Below, one piece after another: positions 36,351 to 46,831 of a stretch of DNA of 63,503 nt. Under the pieces are notes generated by a model. The model did no database searches. It had not been told where the DNA came from and was given only the letters and a program-made list of their open reading frames with translations. The stretch is from an uncultured virus (IMG/VR IMGVR_UViG_3300020187_000012) (taxonomy: Duplodnaviria; Heunggongvirae; Uroviricota; Caudoviricetes): positions 62,001 to 125,503 of IMG/VR virus record IMGVR_UViG_3300020187_000012. One strand, written 5' to 3'. The translations under genes and the position numbers were made by a program. Every line of letters begins with the position of its first letter. Position 1 is the stretch's first letter.

Positions 36351-37835
36351 ATGGCAAATTTAATCAACGAATCTGAAATCAGAGCAACGTGGTCACCGAT
36401 CATCGAATCAGCTACTGGTATCAACGATTCATCAAAACTAGCTTGGATGTCAGAATACTGTCATAACCACAAGCTTTATGAAGAAGCAAACTTATCTGCA
36501 ATTCAGCCGATGATGCTTAAAGGTATGGGTAACGTATCTCTACCTAATGGTCACATGGAGCCTTATGGTTCAACTACACCTTCACCAGAAGGTTCAGGTG
36601 ACAAAGCTCCAACGCTTTTACCATTAGCAATGCAAGTTGCTGCACAAACTGTAGGTCTTGATCTAGTACCTGTAGTACCAATGGCTGGTCCAATGGGATT
36701 ACTTTCTTACTTAGATTTCGTATATGACGGTGGTGCTGCAAGAAACCTTGCTTCTGCTTCAAACGTATATTACGTTAAAGTAAAAGCTGCAGATCATGCT
36801 GCCCTAGACACGGCTGCTACTAATGGTGTTATTGCTGCTGATCCAGCTGCACACGCAGGTTACGAGTACGTAGGTGTATCAAGAATTGATGGCCTAAACA
36901 TCTGGAAATCAACTTCTGAATTAGTTGCTGCTAACTTAGCACTAGATATCGCTATTGCTGCAGGTGGAACTACAGGTTTAGACCTAGAATTAGTTAAAGC
37001 TCTAGAAGACCACATTCCTGGTTTTGTTGGTGCTGACGTAGACGGTAATCCTTTCACAAGAGGTGCTGGTGAGCAGACTCCAGAAAACATCATGGGTCTA
37101 TCTTTATTCAGCAAATCAGTTGCTGCGGAAACTTTCCAAGTAGCTGCTGCTGTAACAAGAGAGCAAGTTCAAGATCTTAAGCAATTCGGCGTTGACGCTG
37201 TTGCTCAAGTTGAATCAGTTTTAACTAACGAATTAACTCAATCTATCAACAGATTAATCCTTAACAAGATGAACTCAATGGCTCAATCTGGTTTAGGTAC
37301 TGCTGCAATCGATCTAGCTCCAACTACTAACTACGGTGGTGAGACAAGAGGTGAAGCACACAGAAGAGTTCTAACGAACATTCTAGCTGCTGCAAACCTT
37401 ATCGCTAACGAAGGTAGAAGAGGTGCTGGTAACTTCGCAATCGTTGATTGGAAACTAGCTTCAGCTCTACAGGCTATCGCAGGTTTCGTACCAAACCCAA
37501 TGGCTAACACGTTCTCGCAAGTTGCGGGTGCAATTTACCCACTAGGTGCAATGGCAGGTATCAACATTTATGTTGATCCAAACCAAAGCCCAGCAGTAGT
37601 TGCAGGTTCATCTCCAGTTGCATATTCACATTCTGTATTAGTAGGTAGAAAAGGTGACGGTAACGGTTCTGGTCTAGTATTTATGCCATACTTAATGGCT
37701 GAATCAGTTCAGACTATCGCTGAAGGTACTATGGCTCCAAAAATCGCAGTTAAGTCTAGATTCGCTCTAGTTGAAGCTGGATTCCACCCAGAGTTAAACT
37801 ACCAGAAATTCTCTGTAACAGGTGTTGAACTATAA
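36351..37835 (+). CDS. gp23-like major capsid protein
   Basis: VPVVPMAGPMG, EQVQDLK..GVDA, LTNELTQSINR, FMPYL, KSRFAL. Confidence 0.93.
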   Translation: MANLINESEIRATWSPIIESATGINDSSKLAWMSEYCHNHKLYEEANLSAIQPMMLKGMGNVSLPNGHMEPYGSTTPSPEGSGDKAPTLLPLAMQVAAQTVGLDLVPVVPMAGPMGLLSYLDFVYDGGAARNLASASNVYYVKVKAADHAALDTAATNGVIAADPAAHAGYEYVGVSRIDGLNIWKSTSELVAANLALDIAIAAGGTTGLDLELVKALEDHIPGFVGADVDGNPFTRGAGEQTPENIMGLSLFSKSVAAETFQVAAAVTREQVQDLKQFGVDAVAQVESVLTNELTQSINRLILNKMNSMAQSGLGTAAIDLAPTTNYGGETRGEAHRRVLTNILAAANLIANEGRRGAGNFAIVDWKLASALQAIAGFVPNPMANTFSQVAGAIYPLGAMAGINIYVDPNQSPAVVAGSSPVAYSHSVLVGRKGDGNGSGLVFMPYLMAESVQTIAEGTMAPKIAVKSRFALVEAGFHPELNYQKFSVTGVEL

Positions 37836-37869
37836 TTTATAGTTTAAAACTTAACAGTTTTCTAATATT

Positions 37870-37899
37870 AAGGGCTTCTCTAACGAGAGGCCCTTTTTT
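37870..37899 (+). terminator. Intrinsic terminator
   Basis: agggcttctc/gagaggccct plus T-tract. Confidence 0.9.
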
Positions 37900-37922
37900 G
37901 TTTATATACAGTATATTAAGAT

Positions 37923-37930
37923 GATATATA
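37923..37930 (+). promoter_or_regulatory. Putative late promoter GATATATA
   Basis: Recurrent octamer. Confidence 0.7.
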
Positions 37931-37961
37931 GTATAAGCAAACATAAAATATTTAATACAAT

Positions 37962-39212
37962 ATGAAAATTAAGTTAAACGAAGCTATTAAATCGTTCGAT
38001 ATGTTTATCAACGAAAGAGAAGTGGCGGCTGAGGTTGAAACTGTAGCGGATGCATCACCTGAAGTTGATTCAAGAAGTGCAATGATCGCTGATGTTGATA
38101 CTATTATTACATCATTAGAAACTTTAGCAGGCTCTGTTGCGGAAATGGTTGAAGAAATGAATAACTTTGATAATGAAGTTAGTGAAGAACTAGAAGCTGT
38201 TAATGAGGGTCCTGTTCAATGGGTTAAAGGTAAAATGCTGCAGGGTAAGCAAAAGAAGATTACAACAATGAAGCTTAAATCTTCAGATATGGCTTCTGCC
38301 GCTGCTGGTCTTCAAGGTGCAGAGAACAGAGATAAGAAATCTTATATCATCGATAAGAAAAAACAACTTGATGATAGTATTAAGCAAATTCAGTCGATGG
38401 TTGATGACAAAGCTAAAGATATTGGTGGCCCAGCTCTTAGAATTGTCAACAAAGAAAAAATTAAAGGACAAATGGCTGTTATCAAATCTCAAATTGGTAA
38501 CGTAGACCCTAAAAAAGCTAAAGGGATGAAAGATAGACTTGCTGATTTACAAGGTAAGTATAAAGAAGAAGAGGCTGCAATTGCACAATTAAAAGATAAA
38601 GCAGATGCTAATGCTCAAGATGTAAATGATGACGATGACACTAATGCTCTTAAAGATGAAATCAAAAAACTACAAGGCGAAAAGAAAACTATTGACAAGT
38701 CTACGACTAAAGGTAAGCTTGAAGATGTTATGATGGATATAAAAATCTATGGCCTTAAAATGAAAGTTGCAGTTGAGGATGGTGATGCAAATACAGACCC
38801 TGGTGAATTTGATGATAAAATAGCAAAGCTTAAAACTAAAGCTGCTGAATTACAGGCTGAATTAGGAGGTTATAATGAAGCATTTGAGTTAGACGGTTCT
38901 GGTAGAATTACTTTAAGTAATAATCTTACAATTGAAAAAATTGAAGAAAACGAAATCACAGAAGAAACTAGCGAAGAAACTGCAAAAGATATAACATCTA
39001 CAGTTTCTAAATTATCTTTAAGGGCAAATGCAGTAGGTCTAAATGAATTAGCATCAGAAATTGATTCTAAATTAGACTGGCAAATTGCTGAAGGTACAGG
39101 TTTAAGACTTAAATATGAATCTGCTATTAAGAAAGCAGAGTCTGATAAAATTCTTAGCGAGTCAAGGTACTTTGATAATAATGTAAAAGACGCGTTTAGA
39201 AGACTTCTATAA
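37962..39212 (+). CDS. Coiled-coil putative head-internal protein
   Basis: Late promoter; IKSFDMFINE motif near the N-terminus. Confidence 0.6.
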   Translation: MKIKLNEAIKSFDMFINEREVAAEVETVADASPEVDSRSAMIADVDTIITSLETLAGSVAEMVEEMNNFDNEVSEELEAVNEGPVQWVKGKMLQGKQKKITTMKLKSSDMASAAAGLQGAENRDKKSYIIDKKKQLDDSIKQIQSMVDDKAKDIGGPALRIVNKEKIKGQMAVIKSQIGNVDPKKAKGMKDRLADLQGKYKEEEAAIAQLKDKADANAQDVNDDDDTNALKDEIKKLQGEKKTIDKSTTKGKLEDVMMDIKIYGLKMKVAVEDGDANTDPGEFDDKIAKLKTKAAELQAELGGYNEAFELDGSGRITLSNNLTIEKIEENEITEETSEETAKDITSTVSKLSLRANAVGLNELASEIDSKLDWQIAEGTGLRLKYESAIKKAESDKILSESRYFDNNVKDAFRRLL

Positions 39213-39707
39213 GTTTCTAGGGTTAGCGTTACTCTTAAATAATTTCAAGAGCTCCTTTTGTTGATTCATTAGGAGCTCTTGACATTTTATACGAAAAGCA
39301 ACTGAACTGTCAACAATTAACATATCTATATTTTTACCGATAGTGTCCCAGTAATCTGGGTGTACAAAGTTAGTCGGTGAGAAATCATTCATTGAGCTCA
39401 TAATAGGGCGACCTGAAAGTGCACACTTCCACGGGACCATATCATATGAGTCCTTGAGTGGTTCAATCTTTTTTAGTGATTCTGTTCTCCAGTCCCAAAA
39501 CAATTTATGTTTTATACTTTTCGTGTCAGTTCTGTAGATAGCGAAGATTGCACCCATTACTTGAGGGTCATCTGAGATGTGTCTTAAGTTTTGATGTTCC
39601 AGTAAAAGTCGCTTGTGGCTTTTTGATAAAGATTCAAATGAAATGCCATGTTTACCACGAACACCAGTCTTGTAAACAATATGTGGATACTTCTTAGCTT
39701 GTGCCAT
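39207..39707 (-). CDS. Hypothetical protein
   Basis: 166-aa ORF filling the gap on the minus strand. Confidence 0.7.
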   Translation of the reverse strand: MAQAKKYPHIVYKTGVRGKHGISFESLSKSHKRLLLEHQNLRHISDDPQVMGAIFAIYRTDTKSIKHKLFWDWRTESLKKIEPLKDSYDMVPWKCALSGRPIMSSMNDFSPTNFVHPDYWDTIGKNIDMLIVDSSVAFRIKCQELLMNQQKELLKLFKSNANPRNL

Positions 39708-39713
39708 TTGAGA

Positions 39714-40331
39714 TTATTTCCAAGACCAAAGTCTGTTCCCAGGCTTATCGTGCATGACAATAGTTTTTTCAGTAATTTTATTGTCATAAAAATATTCGTA
39801 ATTAAATAGGCAAGTATCTGGTCCAATGTTTTTAAACATTTTAGCGGATAAAGTTTTACCACCCCAGGCCCAATCAACGTTTTTATAAATAGAAAGACAT
39901 TCATTAACAATTCTAGAATTAGGACTGGCACCCATTACAGTGCAATCAATTAAAGCGCTTTTATTACCGTCTTGCCCTTCGTATCTTACACCACCAAAGA
40001 ATGTAGTTTTATTATGAAGTTCGGCAAGCACATTATTAAAAGATTGAATTGGTTCTGCATCTGCATCAACATAAACACCACCAAAATCCCTTAGTAATAA
40101 AAGTCTAGCGCGGTCAGCGATATGTGCCGGTTTAAAAAAAGTACCCATGTCTTTTTTATAGCTCTGGATAAACTTATCATCAGAATAAAGATCTTCAAAT
40201 ATTTCTTTATTACCATATAACCTGTATTCCCAATCAGGGTGCATATCCTTCACCTGTTGCATGAATTCTTTAATATACATGGGTGTTGGTTCATGACCAA
40301 TCCAAATCTGATGAATAATTTTCGGTATCAT
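39714..40331 (-). CDS. Glycosyltransferase family 32 (DxD sugar-binding, Och1-like)
   Basis: MIPKIIHQIWIG, ADRARL..L..FGGVYVDAD. Confidence 0.9.
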   Translation of the reverse strand: MIPKIIHQIWIGHEPTPMYIKEFMQQVKDMHPDWEYRLYGNKEIFEDLYSDDKFIQSYKKDMGTFFKPAHIADRARLLLLRDFGGVYVDADAEPIQSFNNVLAELHNKTTFFGGVRYEGQDGNKSALIDCTVMGASPNSRIVNECLSIYKNVDWAWGGKTLSAKMFKNIGPDTCLFNYEYFYDNKITEKTIVMHDKPGNRLWSWK

Positions 40332-40369
40332 ATTTAAGCTTAATTTACTTATATACCCTATTTATTTTT

Positions 40370-40397
40370 GAAACTAAATGCAATTATTTCATATAAT
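40370..40397 (+). promoter_or_regulatory. Putative middle promoter GAAACT-N16-TATAAT
   Basis: One-mismatch copy of the recurrent motif. Confidence 0.65.
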
Positions 40398-40417
40398 AAT
40401 TGTAAAAATATATATAG

Positions 40418-41374
40418 ATGAGTTCAATAAATCAACTTTTCACTGAGAAGTACCGCCCAAAGAATCTAGATAGTCTAATTCTTCCAGACCGTGTAATGAA
40501 GAAATTCATGAACGGCGTACAACAGAACATGTTATTTGCAGGTTCACCGGGTACTGGCAAGACATCAACTGCTAAAGCGTTGGTTAATCAGTATGACCTA
40601 CCATATCTTTACATAAATGCATCAACAGATACTTCAGTTGATGTTATTCGTACGAGGATTACAGACTTTTGTTCAACAATGTCTATCTTAGATGACCGTG
40701 ATAAATTCAAGGTTGTTATTTTAGATGAGGTTGATGGTGTATCTGATCAATTCTTCAAAGCACTTCGTGCAACTATGGAGACATTCGCATCTAATTCAAG
40801 ATTTATTGCAACTTGTAACTATATCAATAAGTTACCAGACCCTATACTTTCACGTTTTGAAGTGTTGAACTTTGACTTTGACAAAGATGAAGAGTCTGAA
40901 TTAACTAAGAAATATATCAAGCGTGTTTATGATATTACTGGAAGTGAAGGAATGACCATTGAAAAACCAGCCCTTGTTGAGTTTGTTCGTCGTAACTTTC
41001 CAGACCTTCGTACAACTCTTAATAAATTACAAGGTTACAAAGCACAGGGTACTGATAATATTACAGTTGATGATGTTAAGCGATTCAATTCAGTATACAA
41101 AGATGTATTTGAATTAATATTCAATGAAACAGACCCTGCTAAAAACTACAAGTTATTAGTTTCTGAATATGCAAATAGAGTAGACGATGTGTTACAAACA
41201 CTCGGTCAAGAGTTTATTGAGTATATTCAAGCTGAAAAGTCCAATGCTGTTAGATTTATACCGCAGATTATTATTACAGTTGCAGAACACCAAGCTCAAC
41301 GCAACCAGGTGATTGATCCTGTGATTACAATGTTATCTTGTATTTATAAAATACAGACAATAGTTATACAATAA
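40418..41374 (+). CDS. gp44/RFC-like clamp loader large subunit
   Basis: EKYRP, GSPGTGKT, LDEVD, SRF, FPDLR. Confidence 0.93.
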   Translation: MSSINQLFTEKYRPKNLDSLILPDRVMKKFMNGVQQNMLFAGSPGTGKTSTAKALVNQYDLPYLYINASTDTSVDVIRTRITDFCSTMSILDDRDKFKVVILDEVDGVSDQFFKALRATMETFASNSRFIATCNYINKLPDPILSRFEVLNFDFDKDEESELTKKYIKRVYDITGSEGMTIEKPALVEFVRRNFPDLRTTLNKLQGYKAQGTDNITVDDVKRFNSVYKDVFELIFNETDPAKNYKLLVSEYANRVDDVLQTLGQEFIEYIQAEKSNAVRFIPQIIITVAEHQAQRNQVIDPVITMLSCIYKIQTIVIQ

Positions 41375-41375
41375 T

Positions 41376-41406
41376 TTTTATTTGTCACTTTTTTTGCTTA
41401 TATTAG
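41376..41406 (+). promoter_or_regulatory. Putative early promoter (TGTC-N12-TATATT)
   Basis: Same motif and spacing as 3766 and 60440. Confidence 0.5.
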
Positions 41407-41428
41407 TGACATACAAAAGACATATATT

Positions 41429-42664
41429 ATGAAATTAGGAAAGCACACTTTAATGATTGACGGTAACTACTTTGTATATAGTAGGTTATATGTCATGCCA
41501 CGTAGAAGTGGTAAACAACTTCTTGAGACTGAAAAAGACCAAGGTCAATTCATGCGTAAGCTTTGTATTGATTTCGCATCTGAAATGCGTAAGATGAAAG
41601 ATTTTGTAGATGAGGTCGTTATTGCGGTTGATTCTAAATCTTGGCGTAAAGACTTTTATCCAGAAGCTGAATACAAAGGTACACGTAAAGCAGATGAAAC
41701 TGTTAACTGGGCTGCTGTGTATCGCATATACGACGAGTTTAGAGCACTCTTGGCTAAAAGTGGTGTGGTTATACAGCAAACACCAGGCGCTGAGGCAGAT
41801 GACATTCTATTTGCTCGTGCGACCGAGTTAAATAATCAAGGTAAAAACTGTATTGTATGGACTGGTGACCGTGACCTTATTCAGCTTGTTGATTACACGC
41901 AAGCGACTGATGGTTATACACTTTGGTATTACAACACAAAGCGTAATCTATTAACATTTGAAGGTTTCAACGATTTACTTGAAACATCCACAAGTGAACA
42001 ATTATCTAATGATGAATTACTGTTTAACTTAAACAATGACGATATTCATTCTGATGGTATTAAATCTAAAATCAAAGCTTGGATTAAAAGCAACAAAGTT
42101 AACATTCAAGAAATTGATTCTCGCGCATTTATCTTTAAAAAGATTCTTATAGGTGATAAGTCTGATAACATTATGTCCGTTGTTACTTATACCAAAACCA
42201 TGAAGAACGGTAAGGTTCGTACATTCTCAATTACCGACAAGCAAGCTGATAAAGTATTGGCTCAATATGAAAAAGATTACGGGCGATTTGAAGTTGAGCA
42301 CCTGTTTATACCTGAATGTATTGACAGAATGTCTGACGTTATTTACCGTGTAATTGGTAACGCTGAATTAGCAATTATTAAAAATGTATTGAAGCTAAAC
42401 ATCCAGTTAATGTTGTTACACGTTAGAACTATTCCGGAGCCAATTATGGAAGCCATGTATAATGATATAGAGATAAACAATCCAGACTTAAACGTATATA
42501 ATATTACACAGATGGAACGTATTCTTGAAGGTACGCCTTGGACTAAAAAAGCGGGTGAAACTGTTCCAGATAATTTAGATCCATTCAGTGGATTAAAACT
42601 TGTAGACGACCCAACTAAAAAAGAAGAAGAACCTAAAACTAAAAGCCTTAACAATTTATTCTAA
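41429..42664 (+). CDS. rnh: T4 RNase H-like 5'-3' exonuclease / flap endonuclease
   Basis: IDGN, SWRK..Y.EYKGTR, EADD, DRDLIQL, GDKSDNI. Confidence 0.9.
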   Translation: MKLGKHTLMIDGNYFVYSRLYVMPRRSGKQLLETEKDQGQFMRKLCIDFASEMRKMKDFVDEVVIAVDSKSWRKDFYPEAEYKGTRKADETVNWAAVYRIYDEFRALLAKSGVVIQQTPGAEADDILFARATELNNQGKNCIVWTGDRDLIQLVDYTQATDGYTLWYYNTKRNLLTFEGFNDLLETSTSEQLSNDELLFNLNNDDIHSDGIKSKIKAWIKSNKVNIQEIDSRAFIFKKILIGDKSDNIMSVVTYTKTMKNGKVRTFSITDKQADKVLAQYEKDYGRFEVEHLFIPECIDRMSDVIYRVIGNAELAIIKNVLKLNIQLMLLHVRTIPEPIMEAMYNDIEINNPDLNVYNITQMERILEGTPWTKKAGETVPDNLDPFSGLKLVDDPTKKEEEPKTKSLNNLF

Positions 42665-43092
42665 TGCTTGACGAAACCAAACTATTTGACTTCATAAAAA
42701 TTATGTTTACAAAGCCTAAACAATATAAGGCTATTAAACAACATAACAAGAAGCGTCATTTCTTTATGATAAATAGGTTTTTTGCAATAAAGTATCCAGA
42801 CAACGCCAATGCTTTTAATATTAACGGTATTGATGGTTCCTATGTTGTGGATGCATGGTCAATACTAGCTCGACGTTTTACAAGTGTACCTGGTTGGATT
42901 TACACTAAAACTAAAAAAATGCCTAAAGCGGCAATTAATAAAAATCAATATATACCTAAAGACGAAACTATTGAAGTCTATTTAAAGAAATATGAAATAG
43001 GTCGCCGCGAATTTAATGAAATGCAGAAGTTTGCACCAGATGCTTTAAACACTGAGTTGCAAGTTATTGAAAAAAGTATTCAAGTATATTGA
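42664..43092 (+). CDS. Possible gp62-like clamp loader small subunit
   Basis: LFDFI...FMINR pattern and size; near gp44. Confidence 0.45.
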   Translation: MLDETKLFDFIKIMFTKPKQYKAIKQHNKKRHFFMINRFFAIKYPDNANAFNINGIDGSYVVDAWSILARRFTSVPGWIYTKTKKMPKAAINKNQYIPKDETIEVYLKKYEIGRREFNEMQKFAPDALNTELQVIEKSIQVY

Positions 43093-43093
43093 T

Positions 43094-43741
43094 ATGAATC
43101 ATATTGACACTGCAAGCTTGTGTGATATCATAGATATCACACTATATAAATTTAATCATTATGATAATTTAATATGGACAAAGTGTCTTAATCAGGTTGA
43201 TTATACACAAATTGACGAAGATTCTATACTTGTTACACCATATCAATTACAGATGATGTTAAATTTAAATTTTAAGAGAGACCTAATGAAAATTAGAGCT
43301 ATCACTTTTGATTTAATTCACACAGACGCAAACTCATTATATTTTTTAGATAAAATACTTGGAGATTTTACTAGATTAAAATGGATTAAATTAACATTGT
43401 CTAAAACTAGAAACTTTTCTAGAACTGTCAAGATTAATGAAAACGCAACACAAATAAAATATTCATTTAAAATTGTTAAAGCTACATTTAGATTAAACGA
43501 AATATTTGAAGATGCTGAATTAAAAAAGATTAATCCAATCTTACACAAATATGATTTAATTCCACGAAATAAACCATATCAACTTCAACCGGCAGTTAAA
43601 ATTTTAAATGCTTTAGATGCTGCTTTAAATCATACTTCTGTATCTGATAATGATGCGGAGTTGCTTGCAATAATATTAGATACACTTAGTTTTAAAATTG
43701 AAAATGATAACCCAGATATTTTATTAGTCACAGATTGGTAG
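43094..43741 (+). CDS. Hypothetical protein
   Basis: ATG at 43094 right after the upstream stop. Confidence 0.7.
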   Translation: MNHIDTASLCDIIDITLYKFNHYDNLIWTKCLNQVDYTQIDEDSILVTPYQLQMMLNLNFKRDLMKIRAITFDLIHTDANSLYFLDKILGDFTRLKWIKLTLSKTRNFSRTVKINENATQIKYSFKIVKATFRLNEIFEDAELKKINPILHKYDLIPRNKPYQLQPAVKILNALDAALNHTSVSDNDAELLAIILDTLSFKIENDNPDILLVTDW

Positions 43742-43748
43742 ATATATA
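43741..43748 (+). promoter_or_regulatory. Putative late promoter GATATATA
   Basis: Recurrent octamer. Confidence 0.7.
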
Positions 43749-43767
43749 CAAAAAGTATATTTACTAA

Positions 43768-44193
43768 ATGTTGGATTTATTTAAGAATTTTGGTAAAAGA
43801 GAGGCTCTAGTTTATATTGTAGTTTTTCTTTGGGTTATTGGTGGTGTGTATGGTGCTATAAAGGGCGTTGACTTTGTACAATTAGCATCTTATTTTGGCT
43901 CATTAACGGCTTACGTCGCAACTTACATATGGGCTGAAACCAAAAAACCATCTCAAAAAACAAGCATTCTTAAAAAAGGAAAGTCATCTAGACGAGAAAT
44001 CATGATATATCTTGTGGTTCTTTTATGGGTGATTGCAGGTGCATTCGGTATTTATTATATGGCAAATTTAACTAGTTTATCGATTTACTTTATTTCGTTA
44101 TCTGGTTTTATTGCCTCTTGGATTGCTGGTGAAGTTTATAAACCACAAGACGATATTAAAAAAGATATAACTGACGTAGATTACGGTGGTTAA
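43768..44193 (+). CDS. Four-TM membrane protein, holin candidate
   Basis: Duplicated RE..(V/I)Y.VV.LWVI.G...YF.SL...E..KP unit; late promoter. Confidence 0.5.
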   Translation: MLDLFKNFGKREALVYIVVFLWVIGGVYGAIKGVDFVQLASYFGSLTAYVATYIWAETKKPSQKTSILKKGKSSRREIMIYLVVLLWVIAGAFGIYYMANLTSLSIYFISLSGFIASWIAGEVYKPQDDIKKDITDVDYGG

Positions 44194-44202
44194 TATATTA
44201 TA

Positions 44203-46143
44203 ATGGTTACAGGACAAACTGCAAATGAAATAAGCGATGTAATAATCGCTAAATTATTAGAACCGTATAAAAATGCTATTCAGGTAACTGATTTTGCTAT
44301 ACTAGCTGGTGTATCATCTCCTAATACAATTGGTACTATAAGTCTGATTGAGGGTAGCACTACAGTTTCTGGTTTTGGGACTAATTTCAATTTATCAACG
44401 GGTGACAATATAATTGTAGGTAATACAGTTTTAGAAGTTGCTAATCAGATTTCACCTATACATTTCGAATTAGCAGCACCAGCTCCTTTTACTTTATCGA
44501 AAACAACATTCATGTTAGATGTTGACCAGTACAATGATTTCACGTATCAATACAGGTGGTCTAATAATGGTGAAGAGTATGCTGAGTTTAAACCTTTGAA
44601 TAGAGATAGTAATCCAGGTGACCTGTTTGCATTAACATTTGATGGGACATTAGACCTTTATTTAGATTTAAGATGTGAGGTTGATAAACTTTCATCGGGT
44701 CATTCTATAAGTATCATTGATGTTACATTTACGGTGCTTGATGATTCTGGAGTTATTGAGGCTTGTCCACAATACTGTATTGATTGTGAGGACCCGTATA
44801 GTTATTCAGGTTGTGCAAATATAAAGGTTGAATGTGAAACATCTGAAAATCATTTTAAGCCTTATCAATTAGGTAAGAGTGATAAGTTATATAATCAGCT
44901 TGTTGAAATTACAAGTGATATTTTCGGCCATGGGGTAAGGTATTACAGAACTGAACCAGATACAAGAACTAAAGATGTTATTTTTATGGAATATTCTTTA
45001 TTTTCTGTTGCCGCATCTGGTGATTTAAAAGTTTCTGTACCGGGTAATGAATTCCCAACTGAAGCATTACAGTATGATATGTTTGGTATGGGCTTTGAAG
45101 ATTTTGAGATTCATATTACAGATTACCAATTTGAAAAAACATTTGGTATTGGTCATAGACCAAGAGTTAAGGATTATCTTTTCCTACCGATTAACAATAA
45201 AATGTATGAAATAAAGTCTGTTACTTTAGCGGACGAATTTAATGTACAACACACATACTGGAGAGTAATGCTCGGTAAGTATCAAGAAAGGTCTGCTATT
45301 GAAAAATCACCGGTTATTGAAGCTGAACTTGAAAATTTAGTGGTTGGTGTTGAAGATATTTTTGGAGCTGAAATACAAGACGAGTACGTTAAAGCAACGG
45401 ACCCACAACAACTGTCAACTGTAATTCATAATTGGGATGATGGCGTTCGTGTAACCGCTGACTCTAGATTAAAAATTGTTGACTTTGACCTTAAAAATAG
45501 ATGGACTATTGTTTCTAAAAACTATTACAACCTATCAACAGTATCAACAAATGATACAGCTATTGATTATGCATTACAGGCAAAACAATCTATTGACGAT
45601 AATTTAGCATTTACAACATGGTTCTCACCGGGTTTTGACACAACCGATACATCGCACTATCAAATATTAAACGGCGACCAATTTAGCGAAGGTCTTAATA
45701 TTAAAATATCTTCAAACAATTTAGAGATTACAATTAACGGGCAATCACACTTGTTCTTACATAATATGATTCTAAGTTCTACTGAGTGGTACGGTTTAGT
45801 TGTTAATATGTCAAATACATTCCGTGAATTGAGTGTGAGTATTTATTACCTTGACCAGGCTAATAATAGAAATAGACCACAGGATGCTACTAATAACCTC
45901 CAGTTACAATTTAATGAAACAAAATCATTGACTCAAGCATTTATTTGGGAATTAGACAGGCCATACCGATTAAAGGGTGGTTTGCTAAAATTAACAAATT
46001 TAAGATTGTGGAAAAAGACTATCGAAGAAGAACAACACCACAATATTTTAAACCAATCACTTGTTAGAGATGCTCATTTAGCATTAATGATTGATAACGC
46101 AATTCCATCACTTTCTTATCAAAGATACCATAACGCTCGTTAA
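44203..46143 (+). CDS. gp14-like neck protein with extra N- and C-terminal beta domains
   Basis: IFGHGVRYY, MFGM, RPRVKDYLFLPINNKMYEI; LamG-like WYGLVVN C-terminus. Confidence 0.6.
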   Translation: MVTGQTANEISDVIIAKLLEPYKNAIQVTDFAILAGVSSPNTIGTISLIEGSTTVSGFGTNFNLSTGDNIIVGNTVLEVANQISPIHFELAAPAPFTLSKTTFMLDVDQYNDFTYQYRWSNNGEEYAEFKPLNRDSNPGDLFALTFDGTLDLYLDLRCEVDKLSSGHSISIIDVTFTVLDDSGVIEACPQYCIDCEDPYSYSGCANIKVECETSENHFKPYQLGKSDKLYNQLVEITSDIFGHGVRYYRTEPDTRTKDVIFMEYSLFSVAASGDLKVSVPGNEFPTEALQYDMFGMGFEDFEIHITDYQFEKTFGIGHRPRVKDYLFLPINNKMYEIKSVTLADEFNVQHTYWRVMLGKYQERSAIEKSPVIEAELENLVVGVEDIFGAEIQDEYVKATDPQQLSTVIHNWDDGVRVTADSRLKIVDFDLKNRWTIVSKNYYNLSTVSTNDTAIDYALQAKQSIDDNLAFTTWFSPGFDTTDTSHYQILNGDQFSEGLNIKISSNNLEITINGQSHLFLHNMILSSTEWYGLVVNMSNTFRELSVSIYYLDQANNRNRPQDATNNLQLQFNETKSLTQAFIWELDRPYRLKGGLLKLTNLRLWKKTIEEEQHHNILNQSLVRDAHLALMIDNAIPSLSYQRYHNAR

Positions 46144-46149
46144 TAGTTA

Positions 46150-46157
46150 GATATATA
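46150..46157 (+). promoter_or_regulatory. Putative late promoter GATATATA
   Basis: Recurrent octamer. Confidence 0.7.
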
Positions 46158-46183
46158 TAATATCATATTAACAGAATATATTT

Positions 46184-46831
46184 ATGGGTGAAGATAAGAA
46201 GAATATCCGTTCACAAGCGGATGAGATTAGGAATGAATTAGATAGCCTTATAGGCGACGATGAGTCAATTGAAGGTATTATTGATATAGATCCAAAACTC
46301 CCAACAACGGCAGACCATTATAAACCATTTGATTATGGTGAGGTAAAGGGTAAGGCCGATATACAAGCGAAAAAAACTATAACATCATTGATGAAGTTTT
46401 ATCTGGATGCGGATATTATTGAACATGATGAATACGTTAAAGCTAAAAAGAAAATGGACGAAATGACAATGAGTTCATTAGTTTATCAGCTTCAAGCTGG
46501 TGAGCGTGCATTAACGACTCTTTTACAAACTATTGAAGATGGTGAATTAGCACCAAGGATGTTTGAGGTTTTAGCAACGTTACAGAAATCAATGCTTGAT
46601 ATTATTAAGTCGCAGACAATGTATCTAATGGCTACTGAAGAATCAGTAAAGCGTATTGCACGTGATGCTGATATCTATAAAGAAAAAACAAATAGACAAA
46701 TTACAACCGATGCTGCGGGTGGCAACAATGATGGTGGTAATGTACAAAGAGGTACTAGAGACCTCATGTCTAAGATTAGAGCCGGTATCGATAATGATAT
46801 TGAAGATGTAGAAGTTGAAGATAAAGAATAA
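46184..46831 (+). CDS. Terminase small subunit (gp16-like)
   Basis: PRMFEVLATL and GTRDL motifs; immediately upstream of TerL. Confidence 0.8.
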   Translation: MGEDKKNIRSQADEIRNELDSLIGDDESIEGIIDIDPKLPTTADHYKPFDYGEVKGKADIQAKKTITSLMKFYLDADIIEHDEYVKAKKKMDEMTMSSLVYQLQAGERALTTLLQTIEDGELAPRMFEVLATLQKSMLDIIKSQTMYLMATEESVKRIARDADIYKEKTNRQITTDAAGGNNDGGNVQRGTRDLMSKIRAGIDNDIEDVEVEDKE

